From Eledone cirrhosa (lineage: Eukaryota), in NCBI GenBank assembly GCA_964016885.1, contig OZ024760.1:30752001-30816000 (forward strand): 64,000 nt of DNA, given 5' to 3'. Under the pieces are notes generated by a model. The model did not search any database and had not been told where the DNA came from. It worked only from the letters and a program-made list of their open reading frames with translations. Made by a program: the position numbers and the translations under genes. Shown one piece after another: positions 1 through 10,500 of this stretch. The first letter of the stretch is position 1; each line of letters begins with the position of its first letter.

Positions 1-3000
1 TAATCTGTAATTTAATGTAATGTAATGTAATGTAATCTGTAATGTAATGTAATGTAATGTAATGTGTAATGTAATGTAATGTAATGTAATATACCGTAAT
101 GTAATGTGTAATGTAAAGTAATGTATAATGTAATGTAATGTAATGTAATGTAATGTGTAACATAATGTAATGTAATGTAATGTAATGTGTAATGTTAAAT
201 GTAATGTAATGTAATGTAATGTGTAATGTAATGTAACGTAATGTAATGTGTAATGTAATGTAATGTAATGAAATGTAATATAATGTGTAATGTAATGTAA
301 TGTAATGTAATGTAAAGTGTAACGTAATGTAATGTAATGTAATGTAATGTAATGTGTAACGTAATGTAATGTAACGTAATGTGTAATGTAATGTAATGTA
401 ATTTAATGTAATGTGTAATGTAATGTAATGTAATGTAATGTAATGTAATGTAATGTGTAATGTAATGTAATGTAATATAATATAATATAATATAACATAA
501 TATAATATAATATAATACAATATGTAATGTAATGTAATGTAATGTGTAATGTAATGTAATGTAATGTAATGTAATGTAATGTAATGTAATGTAATGTGTA
601 ATGTAATGTAATGTAATTTAATGTGTAATGTAATGTAATGTAATGTGTAATGTAATGTAATGTGTAATGTAATGTAATGTAATGTAATATAATGTAATGT
701 AATGTAATGTAATCTGTAATGTAATGTAATGTAATGTAATGTGTAATGTAATGTAATGTAATGTAATGTAATGTAATGTACCGTAATGTAATGTGTAATG
801 TAATGTAATGTATAATGTAATGTAATGTAATGTAATGTAATGTAATGTTATGTGTAACGTAATGTAATGTAATGTAATGTAATGTAATGTAATGTGTAAT
901 GTGTAATGTGTAATGTAATGTAATGTAATGTAATGTAATGTAATGTAATGTAATGTAATGTAATGTGTAATGTAATGTAATGTAATGTAATGTAGTGTAA
1001 TGTAATGTAATGTGTAATGTAATGTAATGTAATGTGTAATGTCATGTAATGTAATGTAATGTAATGTAATGTAATGTAATGTATAATGTAAGGTAACGTA
1101 ATGTAATGTAACGTAATGTAACGTGTAATGTAATGTAATGTAATGTAATGTGTAATGTAATGTAATGTAATGTAATGTAATGTAATGTAATGTAATGTAA
1201 TGTGTAAGGTGAAATGTAATGTAATGTATTATAATGTAATGTGTAATGTAACGTAACGTAATGTGTAATGTAATGTAATGTAATGTAATGTGTAATGTAA
1301 TGTAATGTAATGTAATGTAATGTAATGCAATGTAATGTAATGTAATGGGTAATGTAATGTAACGTAATGTGTAATGTAATGTAACGTAATGTGTAATGTA
1401 ATGTAATGTAATGTATAATGTAATGTAATGTAATGTAATGTAATGTAATGTAATGTAATGTAATGTAATGTAATGTGTAAGGTGTAAGGTGTAATGTAAT
1501 GTAATGTAATATAATGTAATGTGTAATGTAATGTAACGTAATGTGTAATGTAATGTAATGTAATGTAGTGTAATGTAATGTGTAATGTAATGTAATGTAA
1601 TGTGCAATGTAATGTAATGTAATATAATATAATATAATATAATATAACATCACATAATATGTAATGAAATGTAATGTAATGTAATGTAATGTAATGTAAT
1701 GTAACGTGTAATGTCATGTAGTGTAATGTAATGTAATGTAATATAATGTAATGTAATGTAATGTAATGTAATGTAATGTAATGTAATGTAATGTAATGTA
1801 ATGTAATGTGTAAAGTAGGGTAACGTAATGTAATGTAATGTAATGTAATGTGTAATGTAATGTAATGTAATGTAACGTAATGTGTAATCTAATGTAATGT
1901 GTAATGTAATGTAATATAATATAATATAATATAATATAATATAACATCACATAATATGTAATGTAATGTAATGTAATGTAATGTAATGTGTAATGTCATG
2001 TAATGTAATGTAATGTAATGTAATATAATGTATTTTAATGTAATGTAATGTAATGTAATGTGTAATGTAATGTAATGTAATGTAATATAATGTGTAATGT
2101 AATGTGTAATGTAATGTAATGTAATGTAATATAATGTAATTTAATGTAATGTAATGTAATGTAATGTGTAATGTAATGTAATGTAATGTAATGTAATGTG
2201 TAATGCAATGTAATGTAATATAATGTAATGTAATGTAATGTGTAATGTAATGTAATGTAATGTAATCTAATGTAATGTAATGTGTAATGTCATGTAATGT
2301 AATGTAATGTGTAATGTAATGTAATGTAATGTAATGCAATGTAATGTAATGTGTAATGTAATGTAATGTAATGTAATCTAATGTAATGTAATGTATTGTA
2401 ATGTAACGTGTAATGTAATGTAATGTAATGTAATGTAATGTAATGTAATGTGTAATGTAATGTAATGTAATGTAATGTAATGTGTAATGTAATGTAATGT
2501 AATGTAATGTAATGTGTAATGTAATGTAATGTAATGTAATGTAATGTAATATAATGTAATGTGTAATGTAATGTAATGTAATGTAATGTGATGTAATGTG
2601 TAATGTAATGTAATGTGTAATGTAATGTAATGTACTGTGTAATGTCATGTAATGTAATATGATGTGTAATCTAATGTAATGTAATGTAATGTAATGTAAT
2701 GTAACGTGTAATGTAACGTAATGTAATGTAATGTAATGTAATGTAATGTAATGTAATGTAATGTAATGTCTAATGTAATGTAATGTAATGTAATGTAATG
2801 TGTAATGTAATGTAATGTAATGTAATGTAATGTGTAATGTAATGTGTAATGTAATGTAATGTAATGTGTAATGTAATGTGTAATGTAATGTAATGTAATG
2901 TAATGTAATGTAATGTAATGTGTAATGTAATGTGTAATGTAATGTAATGTATAATGTAATGTAATGTAATGTAATGTAATGTGTAACGTAATGTAATGTA

Positions 3001-4894
3001 ATGTAATGTAATGTAATGTGTAATGTGTAATGTGTAATGTGTAATGTAATGTAATGTAATGTAATGTAATTTAATGTAATGTAATGTGTAATGTAATGTA
3101 ATGTAATGTAATGTAATGTAATGTAATGTAATGTGTAATGTAACGTAATGTAATGTAATGTAATGTGTAATGTAATGTAATGTAATGTAATGTAAGGTAA
3201 TGTAATGTGTAATGTAATGTAATATAATGTAATGTAATGTGTAATGCAATGTAATGTAATGTAATGTAATGTAATGTAATGTGTAATCTAATGTAATGTA
3301 ATGTGTGATGTAACGTAATGTAATGTGTAATGTCATGTAATGTAATGTAATGTAATGTAATGTGTAATGTAGTGTAATGTAATGTAATGTGTAATGTAAG
3401 GTAACGTAATGTAATGTAATGTAATGTAATGTGTAATGTAATGTAATGTAATGTAATGTGTAATGTAATGTAATGTAATATAATGTAATGTAATGTGTAA
3501 TGTAATGTAATGTAATGTAAAGTAATGTAATGTAATGTGTAATGTAATGTAATGTGTAATGTAATATAATGTAATGTAATGTAATGTGTAATTTAATGTA
3601 ATGTAATGTAATGTAAAGTGTAATGTAATGTAATGTAATGTAACGTAATGTAATGTAATGTAATGTGTAATGTAATGTAATGTAATGTAATGTAATGTAA
3701 TGTAATGTATAATGTAATATAATGTAATGTAATGTAATGTAATGTAACGTAATGTAACGTAATGTAATGTAATGTAATGTAACGTAATGTAATGTAATGT
3801 GTAATGTGTAATGTAATGTAATGTAATGTAATGTAATGTAATGTAATGTGTAATGTATATTGTAATGTAATGTAATGTAATATAATGTAATATAATGTAA
3901 TGTGTAATGTAATGTAATGTAATGAAATGTAATGTAAAGTGTAATGTAATGTAACGTAATGTAATGTGTAATGTAATGTAATGTAATGTAATGTAATGTA
4001 ATATAATGTGTAATGTAATGTAATGTAAAGTGTAACGTAATGTAATGTAATGTAATGTAATGTAATGTAATGTAATGTGTAATGTAATGTAATGTAACGT
4101 AATGTGTAATCTAATGTAATGTAATGTAATGTAATATAAAGTAATGTAATGTGCAATGTAATGTAATGTAATGTAATGTAATGTAATGTGTAATGTAAAG
4201 TAATGTAATGTGTAATGTCATGTAATGTAATGTAACGTGTAATGTAAGGTAACGTAATGTAATGTAATGTAACGTAATGTGTAATGTAATGTAATGTAAT
4301 GTAATGTAACGTGTAATTTAATGTAATGTAATGTAATGTAATGTAATGTGTAATGTAACGTAATGTATTGTAATGTAATGTAATGTAATGTAATGTAATG
4401 TAATGTAATGTACTGTGTAATGTAATGTAATGTAATGTAATGTAATGTAATGTAATGTGTAATGTAATGTAATGTAATGTAATGTAATGTGTAATGTAAT
4501 GTAATGTAATGTAATGTGTAACATAATGTAATGTAATGTAATGTAATGTGTAATGTAATGTAATGTAATGTAATGTAATGTAATGCGTAACATAATGTAA
4601 TGTAATGTAATGTAACGTGTAATATAATACAACGTAATGTAATGTAATGTAATGTAATATGTAATGTAATATAATATGATATTATATAATATAATATAAT
4701 ATAATATACTATGTAATGTAATGTAATGTAATGTAATGTAATGTAAAGTAATGTAACGTAATGTTTAATGTAATGTAATGTGTAATGTAATGTAATTGTT
4801 TCTACTTTAGGCACAAGGCCAGCAATTACCCAGTCCATTACTGGTACTTTATTTTATCGACCCCGTAAGGATGAAAGGCAAAGTCAACCTCGGC

Positions 4895-4907
4895 GGGATT
4901 TGAACTC
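4895..4907 (-). promoter_or_regulatory. Pol III B box (all 9 copies; mutated in copy 7)
   Basis: GAGTTCAAATCCC matches GTTCRANNCC, about 51 nt downstream of the A box. Confidence 0.85.
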
Positions 4908-4958
4908 AGATCGTAAAGGGACGTAACTATGCTGGAAAGCATGGCGTCTGACCCTCTA

Positions 4959-4970
4959 CCGATACTGCCA
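4959..4970 (-). promoter_or_regulatory. Pol III type-2 internal promoter A box (present in the 8 full-length copies)
   Basis: TGGCAGTATCGG starts about 10 nt from the element 5' end and fits the TRGCNNARYNNG-type consensus loosely. Confidence 0.75.
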
Positions 4971-5872
4971 ATCCACAGCCAATGTGTAATGTAATGTAAT
5001 TTAATGTAATGTGTAATGTAATGTAATGTGTAATGTAATGTAATGTACTGTGTAATGTCATGTAATGTAATATGATGTGTAATCTAATGTAATGTAATGT
5101 AATGCAATGTAATGTAACGTGTAATGTAACGTAATGTAATGTAATGTAATGTAATGTAATGTAATGTAATGTCTAATGTAATGTAATGTAATGTAATGTA
5201 ATGTGTAATGTAATGTAATGTAATGTAATGTAATGTGTAATGTAATGTGTAATGTAATGTAATGTAATGTAATGTAATGTGTAATGTAATGTGTAATGTA
5301 ATGTAATGTATAATGTAATGTAATGTAATGTGTAACGTAATGTAATGTAATGTAATGTGTAATGTGTAATGTGTAATGTAATGTAATGTAATGTAATGTA
5401 ATTTAATGTAATGTAATGTGTAATGTAATGTAATGTAATGTAATGTAATGTAATGTAATGTAATGTAATTTAATGTGTAATGTAACGTAATGTAATGTAA
5501 TGTAATGTGTAATGTAATGTAATGTAAGGTAATGTAATGTGTAATGTAATGTAATATAATGTAATGTAATGTGTAATGCAATGTAATGCAATGTAATGTA
5601 ATGTAATGTAATGTAATGTAATGTGTAATGTAATGTAATGTAATGTAATGTGTGATGTAACGTAATGTAATGTGTAATGTCATGTAATGTAATGTAATGT
5701 AATGTAATGTGCAATGTAGTGTAATGTAATGTAATGTGTAATGTAAGGTAACGTAATGTAATGTAATGTAATGTAATGTGTAATGTAATGTAATGTAATG
5801 TAATGTGTAATGTAATGTAATGTAATATAATGTAATGTAATGTGTAATGTAATGTAATGTAATGTAAAGTAA

Positions 5873-6057
5873 TTGTTTCTACTTTAGGCACAAGGCCAGC
5901 AATTACCCAGTGCATTACTGGTACTTTATTTTATCGACCCTGTAAGGATGAAAGGCAAAGTAAACCTCGGCGGGATTTGAACTCAGATCATAAAGGGACG
6001 TAACTATGCTGGAAAGCATGGCGTCCGACCCTCTACCGATACTGCCAATCCACCGCC
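5873..6057 (-). mobile_element. SINE copy 2 (type A, full length) with 17-bp TSD and 8 extra 5' bases
   Basis: Same body as copy 1. ATGTAATGTAAAGTAAT occurs at 5857-5873 and 6066-6082. Non-satellite TCTGGTGT lies at 6058-6065. Confidence 0.9.
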
Positions 6058-7392
6058 TCTGGTGTATGTAATGTAAAGTAATGTAATGTAATGTGTAATG
6101 TAATGTAATGTGTAATGTAACGTAATGTAATGTAATGTAATGTGTAATCTCATGTAATGTAATGTAATGTGTAATGTAATGTAATGTAACGTAATGTGTA
6201 ATGTAAGGTAACGTAATGTAATGTAATGTAATGTGTAATGTAATGTAATGTAATGTAATGTAATGTAATGTGTAATTTAATGTAATGTAATGTAATGTAA
6301 AGTGTAATGTAATGTAATGTAATGTAACGTAATGTAATGTAATGTAATGTGTAATGTAATGTAATGTAATGTAATGTAATGTAATGTATAATGTAATATA
6401 ATGTAATGTAATGTAATGTAATGTAACGTAATGTAACGTAATGTAATGTAATGTAATGTAATGTGTAATGTGTAATGTAATGTAATGTAATGTAATGTAA
6501 TGTAATGTGTAATGTGTAATGTAATGTAATGTAATGTAATATAATGTAATATAATGTAATGTGTAATGTAATGTAATGTAATGAAATGTAATGTAAAGTG
6601 TAATGTAATGTAACGTAATGTAATGTGTAATGTAATGTAATGTAATGTAATGTAATGTAATATAATGTGTAATGTAATGTAATGTAAAGTGTAACGTAAT
6701 GTAATGTAATGTAATGTAATGTAATGTAATGTGTAATGTAATGTAATGTAACGTAATGTTTAATCTAATGTAATGTAATGTAATGTAATATAAAGTAATG
6801 TAATGTGCAATGTAATGTAATGTAATGTAATGTAATGTGTAATGTAATGTAATGTAATGTAATGTGTAATGTCATGTAATGTAATGTAACGTGTAATGTA
6901 AGGTAACGTAATGTAATGTAATGTAACGTAATGTGTAATGTAATGTAATGTAATGTAATGTAACGTGTAATTTAATGTAATGTAATGTAATGTAATGTGT
7001 AATGTAACGTAATGTATTGTAATGTAATGTAATTTAATGTAATGTAATGTAATGTAATGTGTAATGTAATGTAATGTAATGTAATGTAATGTGTAATGTA
7101 ATGTAATGTAATGTAATGTGTAACATAATGTAATGTAATGTAATGTAATGTGTAATGTAATGTAATGTAATGTAATGTAATGTAATGCGTAACGTAATGT
7201 AATGTAATGTAATGTAATGTGTAATATAATACAACGTAATGTAATGTAATGTAATGTAATATGTAATGTAATATAATATGATATTATATAATATAATATA
7301 ATATAATATACTATGTAATGTAATGTAATGTAATGTAATGTAATGTAATGTAACGTAATGTTTAATGTAATGTAATGTGTAATGTAATGTAA

Positions 7393-7577
7393 TTGTTTCT
7401 ACTTTAGGCACAAGGCCAGCAATTACCCAGTGCATTACTGGTACTTTATTTTATCGACCCCGTTAGGATGAAAGGCAAAGTCAACCTCGGCGGGATTTGA
7501 ACTCAAATCGTAAACGGACGTAACTATGCTGGAAAGCATGGCGTCTGACCCTCTACCGATACTGCCAATCCACAGCC
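7393..7577 (-). mobile_element. SINE copy 3 (segmental duplicate of copy 1)
   Basis: Shares diagnostic bases (GTCTGACC, CACAGCC) and both flanks with copy 1. It differs by a few substitutions. Confidence 0.9.
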
Positions 7578-7899
7578 AATGTGTAATGTAATGTAATTTA
7601 ATGTAATGTGTAATGTAATGTAATGTGTAATGTAATGTAATGTAATGTAATGTAATGTAATGTAATGTAATGTAATCTGTAATGTAATGTAATGTGTAAT
7701 GTAATGTAATGTAATGTAATGTAATGTAATATACCGTAATGTAATGTGTAATGTAATGTAATGTATAATGTAATGTAATGTAATGTAATGTAATGTAATG
7801 TAATGTAATGTAATGTGTAACGTAATGTAATGTAATGTAATGTAATGTAATGTAATGTGTAATGTGTAATGTAATGTAATGTAATGTAATGTAATGTAA

Positions 7900-10500
7900 T
7901 GTGTAATGTAATGTAATGTAATGTAATGTAATGTAATGTAATGTAATGTAGTGTGTAATGTAAGGTAATGTAATGTAATGTAATGTAATGTAATGTAATG
8001 TGTAATGTAATGTAATGTAATGTATAATGTAATGTAATGTAATGTGTAATGTCATGTAATGTAATGTAATGTAATGTAATGTAATGTAATGTAAGGTAAT
8101 GTAATGTATAATGTAAGGTAACGTAATGTAATGTAACGTAATGTAACGTGTAATGTAATGTAATGTAATGTAATGTAATGTGTAATGTAATGTAATGTAA
8201 TGTAATGTAATGTAATGTATGGTAATGTAATGTGTAATGTAATGTAATGTAATGTAATGTAATGTAATGTGTAATGTAATGTAATGTAACGTAATGTAAT
8301 GTAAAGTAATGTGTAATGTAATTTAATGTAATGTAATGTAATGTCTAATGTAATGTAATGTAATGTAATGTGTAATGTAATGTAATGTAATGTAATGTGT
8401 AATGTAATGTAATGTAATGTAATGTAATGTAATGTAATGTAATGTGTAATGTAATGTGTAATGTAATGTAAAGTAACGTAATGTAATGGAAAGTGTAACG
8501 TAATGTAACGTAATGTAATGTAATGTAATGTAATGTGTAATGTAATGTAATGTATAATGTAATATAATGTAATGTAATGTAATGTAATGTAACGTAATGT
8601 AATGTAACGTGTAACGTAATGTAATGTAATGTAATGTAATGTAATGTAATGTGTAATGTGTAATGTGTAATGTAATGTAATATAACGTAATATAATGTAA
8701 TATAATGTAATGTAATGTGTAATGTAATGTAATGTAACGTAATGTAATGTAACGTAATGTAATGTGTAATGTAATGTAATGTAATGAAATGTAATGTAAT
8801 GTGTAATGTAATGTAACGTAATGTAATGTGTAATGTAATGTAATGTAATGTAATGTAATGTAATATAATGTGTAATGTAATGTAATGTAATGTAATGTAA
8901 TGTAAAGGGTAACGTAATGTAATGTTATGTAATTTAATGTAATATGTAACGTAATGTAATGTAACGTAATGTGTAATGTAATCTAATGTAATGTAATGTA
9001 ATATAAAGTAATGTAATGTGTAATGTAATGTAATGTAATGTAATGTGTAATGTAATGTAATGTAATGTAATGTAATGTGTAATGTCATGTAATGTAATGT
9101 AACGTGTAATGTAATGTAATGTAATGTGTAATGTAAGGTAACGTAATGTAATGTAATGTAACGTAATGTGTAATGTAATGTAATGTAATGTAATGTAATG
9201 TAATGTAATGTAATGTAATGTGTAATGTAAGGTAATGTAATGTAATGTAATGTAATGTAATGTAATGTGTAATGTAATGTAATGTAATGTATAATGTAAT
9301 GTAATGTAATGTGTAATGTCATGTAATGTAATGTAATGTAATGTAATGTAATGTAATGTAAGGTAATGTAATGTATAATGTAAGGTAACGTAATGTAATG
9401 TAACGTAATGCAACGTGTAATGTAATGTAATGTAATGTAATGTAATGTGTAATGTAATGTAATGTAATGTAATGTAATGTAATGTATGGTAATGTAATGT
9501 GTAATGTAATGTAATGTAATGTAATGTAATGTAATGTGTAATGTAATGTAATGTAACGTAATGTAATGTAAAGTAATGTGTAATGTAATTTAATGTAATG
9601 TAAAGTAATGTGTAATGTAATTTAATGTAATGTAATGTAATGTCTAATGTAATGTAATGTAATGTAATGTGTAATGTAATGTAATGTAATGTAATGTGTA
9701 ATGTAATGTAATGTAATGTAATGTAATGTAATGTAATGTAATGTAATGTGTAATGTAATGTGTAATGTAATGTAAAGTAACGTAATGTAATGGAAAGTGT
9801 AACGTAATGTAACGTAATGTAATGTAATGTAATGTAATGTGTAATGTAATGTAATGTATAATGTAATATAATGTAATGTAATGTAATGTAATGTAACGTA
9901 ATGTAATGTAACGTGTAACGTAATGTAATGTAATGTAATGTAATGTAATGTAATGTAATGTGTAATGTGTAATGTGTAATGTAATGTAATGTAACGTAAT
10001 ATAATGTAATATAATGTAATGTAATGTGTAATGTAATGTAATGTAACGTAATGTAATGTAACGTAATGTAATGTGTAATGTAATGTAATGTAATGAAATG
10101 TAATGTAATGTGTAATGTAATGTAACGTAATGTAATGTGTAATGTAATGTAATGTAATGTAATGTAATGTAATATAATGTGTAATGTAATGTAATGTAAT
10201 GTAATGTAATGTAAAGTGTAACGTAATGTAATGTTATGTAATTTAATGTAATATGTAACGTAATGTAATGTAACGTAATGTGTAATGTAATGTAATGTAA
10301 TGTAATGTAATATAAAGTAATGTAATGTGTAATGTAATGTAATGTAATGTAATGTGTAATGTAATGTAATGTAATGTAATGTAATGTGTAATGTCATGTA
10401 ATGTAATGTAACGTGTAATGTAATGTAATGTAATGTGTAATGTAAGGTAACGTAATGTAATGTAATGTAACGTAATGTGTAATGTAATGTAATGTAATGT
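7900..10500. repeat. Tandem duplication, unit about 1.3 kb
   Basis: The rare marker TGGAAAGTGT occurs at about 8487 and 9791, with matching variant order. Confidence 0.75.

Larger units (their letters stand above)
4796..4980 (-). mobile_element. tRNA-derived SINE, copy 1 (type A, full length, 185 bp)
   Basis: Minus strand reads GGCTGTGGAT-TGGCAGTATCGG (A box)...GAGTTCAAATCCC (B box)...GCCTTTCATCCTTACGGGGTCGATAAAATAAAGTACC...GGCCTTGTGCCTAAAGTAGAAACAA. Flanked by direct repeat AATGTGTAATGTAATGTAAT(T) at 4777-4797 and 4981-5001. Confidence 0.9.
2630..7620. repeat. Tandem segmental duplication, unit about 2.4-2.6 kb (carries SINE copies 1 and 3; the second unit also has copy 2)
   Basis: The marker TGTACTGTGTAATGTCATGTAATGTAATATGATGTGTAATCT occurs at about 2631 and 5045. 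The order of downstream variants is the same, ending in the GATATTATAT tract and the SINE. Confidence 0.8.

Noticed and set aside
4741-4800. Identity with the eel UnaL2/UnaSINE1 (TGTAA)n tail
   Set aside because: It is the same pentamer but in the opposite orientation relative to the element, whose sense strand here runs into (ATTAC)n. Treated as coincidence and used only as a mechanistic analogy.
4861-4890. Hammerhead ribozyme (GATGA...GAAA-like words)
   Set aside because: The CUGAUGA core and the required three stems were not found on either strand.
4890-4980. Functional tRNA gene
   Set aside because: A and B boxes are present, but I could not build a canonical cloverleaf with a 7-nt anticodon loop. 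The sequence continues into a SINE body with TSDs and has no T-run terminator.
4218-8055. Non-repetitive peptide pieces MHWVIAGLVPKVET and ...SSNPAEVDFAFHPNGVDKIKYQ
   Set aside because: These are chance translations of the non-coding SINE fused to satellite frames.
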